Shown here in pieces: positions 52,667 to 60,700 of a stretch of DNA of 64,000 nt (position 1 is its first letter; every line of letters begins with the position of its first letter). Below the pieces are notes generated by a model that was not told the DNA's origin, ran no database searches, and saw only the letters and a list, made by a program, of their open reading frames with translations. The stretch covers positions 32,001-96,000 of the forward strand of contig JAKSOL010000007.1 in NCBI GenBank assembly GCA_024405635.1. The letters are read 5' to 3'. The stretch is from Salinivirgaceae bacterium (GTDB taxonomy: Bacteria; Bacteroidota; Bacteroidia; Bacteroidales; SZUA-534). A program made the position numbers and the translations under genes.

Positions 52667-53062
52667 CTAAAAGACCACCGCCTGCATGCGGTTTACAAGT
52701 TCGTTGTACTTGTTCTGTATTATTGCTTTCTGCTTGTCCGATACTGGTACAAGTTTACGTTTGTATTTGCGCATCATTGCTGCGTTTAGACCTATTTCCT
52801 TGGCGAATGCTGTGGCGTTGATAAATGGAAATTGCTCAAAGAACCCAGATATGTCGTACACGTATTCTACTGCGATATTGTCACTATACCAATCTGGGTA
52901 TTTCCCTGTTTGTTCCATGTGGTATTTGGCTTGCTCAACCATAACTTCCTCGAAGCATGTTTTAGCCTCTTGTTCTGTCATGCCACTGCCGTACACGCCT
53001 TGCGCATCGTTGGTGTAAATAGCAAAACCTCCGTCTGCGCCCCTCTCAATAACTGCTTTCAT
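52667..53062 (-). CDS. hicB: HicB-like antitoxin with C-terminal HTH (complete, spacer 6)
   Basis: MKAVIERGADGGFAIY...GSGMTEQEAK; YVYDISGFF..FPFINATAFAKEIGLN. Confidence 0.75.
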   Translation of the reverse strand: MKAVIERGADGGFAIYTNDAQGVYGSGMTEQEAKTCFEEVMVEQAKYHMEQTGKYPDWYSDNIAVEYVYDISGFFEQFPFINATAFAKEIGLNAAMMRKYKRKLVPVSDKQKAIIQNKYNELVNRMQAVVF

Positions 53063-53131
53063 GTTCGTTTAGTTTTATCATTGTTCTTTAAAAAAAAAGT
53101 TGAACTGCCCCCCACTAAGGGGAGCAGCGTT

Positions 53132-53147
53132 CTACTTTAGTCCTGCG
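53132..53147 (-). pseudogene. Last codons of a probable HicA toxin gene, cut by repeat 7
   Basis: Reads GCA GGA CTA AAG TAG (AGLK*), a typical HicA C-terminus, just upstream of hicB. Confidence 0.5.
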
Positions 53148-53182
53148 GTTTTACATAATGCTCAAACTCAGACAAGTAAAAC
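53148..53182. repeat. Repeat 7
   Basis: Exact consensus. Confidence 0.95.
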
Positions 53183-54047
53183 GGCTAACGCTTTTTCAAA
53201 GGCAATTACCGAGCGCGAAGTCCGCAAAACCGACAAGTATGCTGCCGAGATTAACGCCATTAAAGGCAAGTTGCTCGACTTTATCAACAAAGGCGCTGAA
53301 ATTAAAGATTCGCACTTTGACAAATACAACGATATTGCTAACAAACAAGTGTTGCACCCATTTGTAAAAATTGTGCGTGCTTACATTAAGATTAACGGCA
53401 AAGAAAACGTTAAAAAGCAAGCCAACACCATTTGCACCAACATTGCAAATCTTTGCAAAGTATTGCCAGCCGATTTTGAATTTATGGCACAACTTAAAGC
53501 AATTGAAAAAAGCTTAAACAACTACATTGAGGGCAAAACAGCAACGCCTAAAATGTTGCAAACCGAATTAAGCGGTTTAGGTCGCATTGCCGATAACGAC
53601 GAAGATGCAAGCACTGCATATTTAGTTACTCTATCAAGAAAAGAAGTGTACGAAGATGGTTACAGAGATAGTGAAACATTGCTAAAATCTAACGACTACA
53701 ATGCCGCTATTGCATTTTTTAATGACAAGAAAAAGCAATTGCAAAATATGGCAGAAGATGATGTTTGCGATTATGATTTAACTATGTGGGTAGGCGACTA
53801 TGAGGATATTGTAGAAGAAGAATTTGCAGATTTTATAGGAGAACCAACCGATGGTTATGCGGTTTTAATTAAAGACAGCCATGGTTACTTAATAGAAAAT
53901 GGCGATGGAAAAACCGAAAGGGATTTTGTGCTCGAAGATTGTAAGGTAAAATTAGTTAAGAAAGACGAATTAACAGACGAAATACAAATTAGTTTTGGAT
54001 TTCCAAAACGATGGGTAAAATTAGGTTTAATACCTTCAAGATTATAA
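53183..54047 (+). pseudogene. 3' part of a large hypothetical phage/MGE gene, 5'-truncated by repeat 7
   Basis: Frame is open from the repeat edge; the ORF-track N-terminus merely reads through the repeat (VLHNAQTQTSK). Confidence 0.6.
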
Positions 54048-54062
54048 GATATAACTAACAAC

Positions 54063-54094
54063 AAAAAAGCCGCGCTTAAAGGCGTGGCTTTTTT
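54063..54094. terminator. Bidirectional terminator inside spacer 7
   Basis: AAAAAAGCCGCGC-TTAAAG-GCGTGGCTTTTTT. Confidence 0.7.
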
Positions 54095-54225
54095 ACTTTG
54101 ACAAGGCAAAGTACCTTGATGGCGCAGGGGCGTTAATCAATATTTCAGCCTAACGACAACGTCCGAAACGTATTCCCTGATTGTCCGATGCAAGTATAAG
54201 GAAAAAATATATACACAAACAAGAT

Positions 54226-54702
54226 ATGCGAGAAAAAATAATAGAATATATCAAAAAGGCGTGGAACGGCGAAAAATGCAGCAGATTGCTGGATATAACC
54301 AGTGCAATTGACATACAAGCACTGGAAGTTGCAAATAGTATAATTGATAAATTAAACGAAATACAAGATAGAGAAAAATACGACCACATTAAAAAAGTTA
54401 AAATATATGCAGTCGATTTTGATCACACAAAAGAAAGACATTTTGGTGCAAATGAAACAAGGACAGACCAAATACCTTTAACATTTGATGATATACCTTT
54501 GTTAGTCGATACTTTATTGTCGCCGCAATTGGTAAGATTAGGAACATTACGCCAAGATACAGGAGCAGGAATACACTTTATTAGCCAGTTGGATAATGGT
54601 AAAATGATTTGCGTACTAATAAAAGTTAAGCCGCAAAAAGAAACTTATAAAAATAGAACAATATATAAAAAGAAATTAAAAGATGGAAGCAAGAATAGTT
54701 GA
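54226..54702 (+). CDS. PBECR-like (phage Barnase-EndoU-ColicinE5/D-RelE) putative nuclease
   Basis: HTKERHFG..E....QIPLTFDDIPLLVDTLLSP pattern and C-terminal TIYKKK. Confidence 0.5.
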   Translation: MREKIIEYIKKAWNGEKCSRLLDITSAIDIQALEVANSIIDKLNEIQDREKYDHIKKVKIYAVDFDHTKERHFGANETRTDQIPLTFDDIPLLVDTLLSPQLVRLGTLRQDTGAGIHFISQLDNGKMICVLIKVKPQKETYKNRTIYKKKLKDGSKNS

Positions 54703-55532
54703 TTTTTATATGGTAGAAAACACCAATAAGGACAAACGCCTACGCTTAATGAAAATGAAAGCGCTTGCACTGGCTGAACCGCTTGACGGTTTAGCCACAA
54801 CCAAGTGTGCTAACAATCAACCTGCCGATATTGTTAATCGATATTTGGATTTACTCGATAAGCCAACACGCGCCGCCGCAATGGGCGTTTTGTCGTCGGT
54901 TGAGCGCTTTATTGAGCAAGCCGATAATAATTACCCTTATATGGCTGAATTTGCGGCTATGGCTGTAAGTTTGAGCGATTATATTAACGAAGAAACGGCA
55001 ACACCACAAATTGCAGCCATCGACCTTAATAACATTCATAAAATATCAGGCGTTAATGTTGATAATAGCGAATTAAAAGGCATTGTAAGTAGTAAAACGC
55101 TGCTTGCTCATCAGTTTGAGCCGCTGAACTTTGGTGGTAAGTGGAAACTGTTATTTGGTCGCCCAACCGCGCCTTTTAAGGTAATGGTACACGGAGCGCC
55201 CGGAAATGGCAAATCAACTTTTGCTATACAATTCGCTAAATACCTTGCCAGCAGCCACAAGTTGCGTGTATTGTATATTGCTAATGAAGAGAGTTTTACA
55301 TACACCTTTCAGGAGAAACTTATGCGCCTGAACGCAATAGACGACAACCTGAAAATAGCCGATTCGCTACCTGATAACTTTGACGATTATGATGTAGCGT
55401 TTTTCGATTCAGTAAACACAATGAAACTCGATATTGACGATTTACGACGAATATTCAAACAAAACGACAAAACTTCGTTTGTGTTGATTTTTCAAAACAA
55501 CAAGAAAGGTCAATTTAGGGGTTCGCTTGAGT
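54683..55532 (+). pseudogene. Phage/MGE P-loop ATPase (RecA/Sms-like), 3'-truncated by repeat 8
   Basis: VMVHGAPGNGKST, VLYIANEE, AFFDSV, KKGQFRGS; the stop codon lies inside the repeat. Confidence 0.7.
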
Positions 55533-55567
55533 GTTTTACATAATGCTCAAACTCAGACAAGTAAAAC
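55533..55567. repeat. Repeat 8 (leader-proximal)
   Basis: Exact consensus. Confidence 0.95.
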
Positions 55568-55617
55568 AGACTATTGGCTAATTTATTGAATAAGAGTATA
55601 CTATCATTGGTTTGCTG
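55568..55617 (-). promoter_or_regulatory. Putative 50-bp AT-rich CRISPR leader
   Basis: Non-coding gap between the cas2 stop and the first repeat; contains ATTCAATAAATTA (55591-55579), one mismatch from the IHF consensus. Confidence 0.5.
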
Positions 55618-55938
55618 TTAAAAAAAATCAATCAAATCGGGCTTTTTTAGCAAAATCTCGTCATTTTTTCGTTTCTGTTTTCGTCCAAAATAATGGTAAG
55701 AAGCTTCGTTGTGTTTGTCATCTACCACTACTACACTTATTTGGCATTTGCCGCAAATAGCTTCCATTATTCGCTTTTTATGAACTAATGCGTTGGCCAT
55801 AGAGTAACAATACCGTATATATAGATTGGAGTATAACTTATTGAATCCGTCCTTCTCTAGTTGACGCGAAAAATTCTTTTTACATTCCTTGCCTGTTGAT
55901 GTGCGGTTGGAAATGTTCATAAAAACGTAAATCCACAT
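55618..55938 (-). CDS. cas2: CRISPR-associated Cas2 (type II-C-like, divergent)
   Basis: MWIYVF..., F..QLEKDGF..LYSNLYIRYC...NALVHKKRI; 3 bp downstream of cas1; Asn at the usual catalytic Asp position. Confidence 0.8.
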   Translation of the reverse strand: MWIYVFMNISNRTSTGKECKKNFSRQLEKDGFNKLYSNLYIRYCYSMANALVHKKRIMEAICGKCQISVVVVDDKHNEASYHYFGRKQKRKNDEILLKKPDLIDFF

Positions 55939-55941
55939 AAC

Positions 55942-56799
55942 TTAAAACAATGAAGGGTAATATATTACACGTCGCTCACCTAAGTAAATCTGCGATAGCG
56001 AATAAGTTGTTTGTGACACATCGTCGGGTTTTATTGACTCGTAGAATAGCTCCAAAATGGCTTTTTTGAAGTTGTGGTCAATGCATCTTTGGCCGATGGT
56101 GTATAGTTCAAGCACTTTTTCGTCAACAAATGGTCGATATGGTTCCATAACATCGTCGCTCAACGGAAAGGAGTTGTATCGGTTTTTATGAAAAACACCA
56201 ATCATTGGCAATAAACCTGAATTCATTAGCGCACGCGATACTACCGACCGCAAAATGGCATATCCGTAGTTTAGCATATCGTTGGGACAATTGCCGTAAC
56301 GGTCGCGTATAAAATCTTTGCCTAGCAAAAGTTTCCAATATGTTGCGGCTGCCAAAGCCTCGCGATTTGTTGTGTCGCCACTTTTAACATTCTTATGGTA
56401 CTTGCTCAACACATCTTCTCCCTTGCCCAATTTTTGTAGCAATAGCGACTGGTTGTGTATCTTATGTTCTATTATCTGTTTCCAGATTTGTTTTCTAACG
56501 GGTTCTGTTGTCGCTAACTGCGCGTTAAAGGTCATTGTTTGCCGTACGTTTGACTCTAAGTCTAAAGTCATGCTTACGGGCATGTGGCGCTCGTCGCAAA
56601 AAACTATGCTTATGTTGTTTTGAGACAACTTGTTAAGCAGTGGCACAGTGATGCGTACCGAATGGTTATCGACTAAAATACCCGACACGTCCTCTAACGA
56701 ACGCATGATTGGGTCTTTATCTTCTTGACAAATTAAAAGCTGCCCATCTTTCAACGATAGATCGGCTTTGTTTTCAAATACAAGTGTTTGTTTTGGCAT
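55942..56799 (-). CDS. cas1: CRISPR-associated Cas1 (type II-like)
   Basis: SGDTTNREALAA..YW, NDMLNYGYAILRS, GVFHKNRYNSFPLSDDVMEPYRPFVD; catalytic E/H/E appear retained. Confidence 0.93.
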   Translation of the reverse strand: MPKQTLVFENKADLSLKDGQLLICQEDKDPIMRSLEDVSGILVDNHSVRITVPLLNKLSQNNISIVFCDERHMPVSMTLDLESNVRQTMTFNAQLATTEPVRKQIWKQIIEHKIHNQSLLLQKLGKGEDVLSKYHKNVKSGDTTNREALAAATYWKLLLGKDFIRDRYGNCPNDMLNYGYAILRSVVSRALMNSGLLPMIGVFHKNRYNSFPLSDDVMEPYRPFVDEKVLELYTIGQRCIDHNFKKAILELFYESIKPDDVSQTTYSLSQIYLGERRVIYYPSLF

Positions 56800-56921
56800 A
56801 ATTGTTTTCTAAATGGTTTCTACTAAAGAATGAAAATAACAATGGGTGTGTAGGTTTGGTTGTACACAACCATATTTTTATTAACCTTGCAGTCTAAAAT
56901 TTTGGTGGAGATATATCCACT

Positions 56922-56952
56922 AGAGTGCTTGGTAACCTCTTAAAAAACAAGG
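56922..56952 (+). ncRNA. preQ1 class I-like riboswitch
   Basis: AGAG-TGCTTGGTAAC-CTCT-TAAAAAACAAG; loop CTTG can pair with tail CAAG (pseudoknot); directly upstream of yhhQ-queC-queF. Confidence 0.7.
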
Positions 56953-56954
56953 AT

Positions 56955-57644
56955 ATGGTAAAAAAACAACCAACAGTGAGTGTGCTGTTTATGCTTTTCA
57001 GTGTACTCTTTTGTGTTTGCTTAATAGCTGCAAACATTTTCGAAACAAAGCAAGTGGCATTTTTCAGTCACAGCCAAACTGCAGGTGTAATTGTGTTTCC
57101 AATTTCGTACATCATAAACGATTGTGTGTGCGAGGTTTGGGGGTACAAAAAAACACGTTTACTCATTTGGCTTGGATTCTTAATGAATTTCTTTTTTGTA
57201 GCAGTTGGTGCTTTGTGCGATGCGCTTCCTCCTGCCGAGTATTGGGACAATCAAGCTGGTTTTCATGCAATTTTTGGACTTGCACCACGCATTGCAGCCG
57301 CGTCGTTTGTGGCTTTTGTTTGTGGCTCGTTTATCAATGCTTATGTAATGTCGCGAATGAAACTTCGCGATGGCGAGAATCGTTTTTCGCTTCGAGCTAT
57401 CTTAAGTACAATTTTTGGCGAAAGTGTTGACTCTATTATATTTTTCCCATTGGCTTTGGGCGGCATTGTACCTTGGTCCGAAATGCCATGGCTAATGCTT
57501 TTTCAAGTTGGGTTAAAAACTGTGTACGAAATAATTGCTTTGCCAATCACTATTCGTGTAGTTCGTGCAGTTAAGCGAGCTGAAGGAACCGATGTTTACG
57601 ATGAAGGTATTTCGTATAGCATTTGGAAATTGTTCGATTTGTAG
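56955..57644 (+). CDS. yhhQ: Queuosine precursor transporter (VUT family)
   Basis: FPISYIINDCVCEVWG, RIAAAS, STIFGESVDS; ATG at 56955. Confidence 0.9.
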   Translation: MVKKQPTVSVLFMLFSVLFCVCLIAANIFETKQVAFFSHSQTAGVIVFPISYIINDCVCEVWGYKKTRLLIWLGFLMNFFFVAVGALCDALPPAEYWDNQAGFHAIFGLAPRIAAASFVAFVCGSFINAYVMSRMKLRDGENRFSLRAILSTIFGESVDSIIFFPLALGGIVPWSEMPWLMLFQVGLKTVYEIIALPITIRVVRAVKRAEGTDVYDEGISYSIWKLFDL

Positions 57645-57678
57645 GTGCGAGTAAATTTTTAACCTAAAACCAAAAAAC

Positions 57679-58332
57679 ATGGATAGTGCATTAGTGGTTT
57701 TTAGTGGTGGACAAGATTCTACCACGTGCTTGTTTTGGGCAAAACAAAAGTTTAATAGGGTTGTGGCCTTGTCGTTTACCTACGGACAAAAGCATGCAAA
57801 AGAAGTAGAGCAAGCAGAAATTATTGCTCGCGAGGCTGGTATAGAATGGCAATGTATTGATGCTAGTTTTATTTCAAATTTAGCATCTAACTCGTTAACC
57901 AACAGTACGATGCAAATGGATACTGAAAAACCCGCAGGTTCGCCTCCAAATACGTTTGTGCCTGGGCGGAATTTGTTCTTTTTGAGCATTGCAGCGGTAG
58001 TTGCTCGTGAACATGGCATAAAAAATATTGTTACAGGGGTTTCGCAAACCGATTTCAGTGGTTATCCCGATTGCCGCGACGAGTTTATTAAAAGTCTTAA
58101 TCAAACCATAAATCTAGCAATGGATTACCAGTTTACTATACACACACCGCTAATGTGGATTGATAAATGTCAAACTTGGGAAATGGCAGATAAGTTGGGC
58201 GTTTTTAATATTATTCGTACGCAAACAATAACTTGCTACAATGGAGTTATTGGCGATGGTTGTGGCAATTGTCCTGCTTGTAAATTACGTAAAATAGGAT
58301 TGGATAAATATTTAAAAATCAGAAAAATATGA
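57679..58332 (+). CDS. queC: 7-cyano-7-deazaguanine synthase
   Basis: [30 protein letters not shown]. Confidence 0.96.
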   Translation: MDSALVVFSGGQDSTTCLFWAKQKFNRVVALSFTYGQKHAKEVEQAEIIAREAGIEWQCIDASFISNLASNSLTNSTMQMDTEKPAGSPPNTFVPGRNLFFLSIAAVVAREHGIKNIVTGVSQTDFSGYPDCRDEFIKSLNQTINLAMDYQFTIHTPLMWIDKCQTWEMADKLGVFNIIRTQTITCYNGVIGDGCGNCPACKLRKIGLDKYLKIRKI

Positions 58333-58784
58333 AAAGAGAAGATGAAGGCTTGCAACAACTTGGACGCAAAACCGAATACCGACAAGATTACGCTCCAGAG
58401 GTGCTTGAAACATTTATGAACAAACACCCCGAAAACGATTATTGGGTGCGGTTTAATTGTCCAGAATTCACATCGTTATGTCCAATTACCGGTCAGCCCG
58501 ATTTTGCTGAAATTGTGATAAAGTACATACCTGACCAAAAGATGGTTGAGAGCAAAAGTTTGAAACTATATCTATTTAGTTTCCGTAATCATGGCGATTT
58601 TCATGAGGATTGCGTTAATATAATAATGAAAGACCTTATTAAGTTAATGGATCCAAAATACATTGAAGTTATAGGTCTTTTTACGCCGCGCGGAGGTATA
58701 AGTATTTATCCTTATGTAAATTACGGACGTCCGGGTACAAAGTATGCAGAACTGGCAAGTAAGCGTTTTGCTGAACACGAATAG
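58329..58784 (+). CDS. queF: preQ1 synthase (NADPH-dependent nitrile reductase)
   Basis: [32 protein letters not shown]. Confidence 0.96.
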   Translation: MKREDEGLQQLGRKTEYRQDYAPEVLETFMNKHPENDYWVRFNCPEFTSLCPITGQPDFAEIVIKYIPDQKMVESKSLKLYLFSFRNHGDFHEDCVNIIMKDLIKLMDPKYIEVIGLFTPRGGISIYPYVNYGRPGTKYAELASKRFAEHE

Positions 58785-58932
58785 CAATAAATATGCATAA
58801 GCAACGGTTGCTAACTTGAAAACTTGTTGAAAAATTAAGAGAAAGTACGTAGTCGTTTGTTCTTGTTCAATGGGTAAAATACATTAGTTTCGCAACACGA
58901 ATAATAGTGCGCAAGCATTATAAAACAAAAAT

Positions 58933-60654
58933 ATGATGAGTGACCTTTTCGAAGTCCTTAAATGGCTTTTTGTTTTTGTAGGTGCCTTGGGTGTGTTCCT
59001 TTATGGAATGAAACTAATGAGCGAGGCAGTACAAAAACTTGCAGGCGATGGAATGCGTGGTATTTTGTCGCGAATGACCTCAAAACCATTCAATGGTATT
59101 CTAACTGGATTGGTAGTTACAACAGCAACCCAATCGTCGTCGGCAACAACGGTGATGGTGGTTAGTTTTGTTAACGCTGGCCTTATTACGTTGGCGGGTG
59201 CAATAGGCATCATTATGGGAGCCAATATAGGTTCAACGGTAACATCGTGGATTATCTCTATTTTTGGTCTTAAATTTTCACTTTCAGCAATAACACTTCC
59301 AATGGTAGCCATTTCGCTACCATTTATTTTTTCGTCAGATGCTAAACGTAAGTCGTTGGGCGAGTTCCTGATTGGCTTTTCGTTGTTGTTTCTTGGTCTC
59401 GATTTTATGACCGACAGTATTCCAGATGTTAGCCAATTTCCTGAAGTACTGAAAATTATTGCAAGTTGGTCAAGTCACGGATATTTGTCAATTATATTAT
59501 TTGCGCTGATTGGTGCAGTGTTTACAATGATAGCGCAAGCATCGTCGGCCATTATGGCGGTTACTTTGTTTATGTGTAACAAAGGTTGGATTGGCTTTGA
59601 TATGGCTGTTGCTTTGGTTATGGGACAAAACATTGGTACAACTATCACAGCAAATTTGGCTGCAATGGTTGCAAATGTTACAGCTAAGAAAGCCGCTCGC
59701 GCACACTTGATTTTTAATTTGGTGGGTGTCATTCTTTGTTTGGTGGTTTTTTATCCATTTATGCATCTACTTGACAATATATCAATGAGCGTGCAAGGCA
59801 TGTCGCCATACAGTGAGCCAAGTGCAATTCCGTTGACATTGTCGCTTTTCCATACAATATTCAATGTGGCAAATACTGTGATTTTGGTTGGGTTTATTCC
59901 TCAACTTATCAAGTTGGTAAATGTTTTGGTAAAATCAAATAAAGAGGAGGACGAAGAGTTCCGCTTGAAATTTATTTCTGGCGGTATGATGAGTACAGCC
60001 GAATTGTCGATAGTTGAGACGTTTAAAGAGATTGGTTTTTTTGCTGAACGGGTTCAGAAAATGTTTGGTTTTGACCAAGAGTTGCTTTATATCGACAACG
60101 AAAAAGATCACAACAAGTTGTTGGGTAGAATTGAAAAGTACGAGAAGATTTGTGACAACCTAGAGTTGGAGATTGGCAGATACATAAACAAAATATCAGA
60201 GGGTAAGTTAAGTGCCGCATCAAAGCAGAAAACCATCTACATTTATCGAGAGGTGTCGGAGATTGAAAGCATTGGCGATAGTTGCTACAATCTTTCGCGC
60301 CACATCAATACAGCATTTTCTGCAAAAGCTCAGTTTACCGATAATCAGCATGCAAACATAAAGCAAATGTTTAATCTTGTTGATTTTGCATTAAACAACA
60401 TGGTTACTTTGGTAAAAGACCGAACAAATGCAGAAGCTATAAATAAAGCCTATGCGCTTGAAAATGAGATAAATGATTTGCGCGCTAAGCTCAAGGCTCA
60501 AAATATATCCGATGTGGGCAATCAAGTTTATGATTATCAGCTTGGAGTGTGGTATTTGGATATTATCACTGAGTGCGAAAAAATAGGCGATTACATAATA
60601 AATGTGATTGAGGCTCGGACTGAAACTAGTAGGAAAACAGTTTCTCAAATATAA
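58933..60654 (+). CDS. Na/Pi cotransporter family protein with PhoU domains
   Basis: QSSSATT, GANIGST, GQNIGTT, EKIGD. Confidence 0.9.
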   Translation: MMSDLFEVLKWLFVFVGALGVFLYGMKLMSEAVQKLAGDGMRGILSRMTSKPFNGILTGLVVTTATQSSSATTVMVVSFVNAGLITLAGAIGIIMGANIGSTVTSWIISIFGLKFSLSAITLPMVAISLPFIFSSDAKRKSLGEFLIGFSLLFLGLDFMTDSIPDVSQFPEVLKIIASWSSHGYLSIILFALIGAVFTMIAQASSAIMAVTLFMCNKGWIGFDMAVALVMGQNIGTTITANLAAMVANVTAKKAARAHLIFNLVGVILCLVVFYPFMHLLDNISMSVQGMSPYSEPSAIPLTLSLFHTIFNVANTVILVGFIPQLIKLVNVLVKSNKEEDEEFRLKFISGGMMSTAELSIVETFKEIGFFAERVQKMFGFDQELLYIDNEKDHNKLLGRIEKYEKICDNLELEIGRYINKISEGKLSAASKQKTIYIYREVSEIESIGDSCYNLSRHINTAFSAKAQFTDNQHANIKQMFNLVDFALNNMVTLVKDRTNAEAINKAYALENEINDLRAKLKAQNISDVGNQVYDYQLGVWYLDIITECEKIGDYIINVIEARTETSRKTVSQI

Positions 60655-60700
60655 TCAAACATTGAACGGGCTTCGGTCCGTTCTTTTTTTAAGCAATTGT

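Larger units (their letters stand above)
47797..55567 (-). CRISPR. CRISPR-like array: 8 x 35-bp repeats with 7 gene-sized spacers (1874, 454, 452, 412, 790, 1159, 2350 bp)
   Basis: Repeat GTTTTACATAATGCTCAAACTCAGACAAGTAAAAC at 47797 (4 mismatches), 49706 (2 mismatches) and exact at 50195, 50682, 51129, 51954, 53148, 55533; GTTTTAC/GTAAAAC terminal inverted repeat; ends 50 bp from the cas2 stop; strand inferred from cas orientation and distal degeneration. Confidence 0.85.

Noticed and set aside
53100-53182. ORF-track N-termini of 53100..54047, 53158..53367 and 50653..50895
   Set aside because: These are artefacts of reading through, or starting in, the stop-free frames of the repeat.
49741-55532. 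Spacer lengths as multiples of about 400 bp
   Set aside because: Too few values and a loose fit; not supportable.
49741-55532. RNA-derived spacers via reverse transcriptase
   Set aside because: No RT is present, and spacers span convergent and divergent genes, promoters and terminators, pointing to dsDNA origin.
47797-55567. Integron cassette array with the repeats as attC sites
   Set aside because: There is no tyrosine recombinase nearby. Segments cut genes mid-frame and lie in both orientations, the repeats are identical rather than variable attC folds, and cas1-cas2 is adjacent.
47797-55567. REP/MITE-like repeats inserted into one resident prophage or island
   Set aside because: Sequences on either side of each repeat are not continuations of each other, there are no target-site duplications, and I saw the repeat nowhere else in the window.
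56955-58784. queC/queF as part of a 7-deazaguanine DNA-modification (Dpd) defence system linked to the cas genes
   Set aside because: There is no dpdA/tgt-like gene; riboswitch plus yhhQ-queC-queF is the ordinary tRNA queuosine operon.
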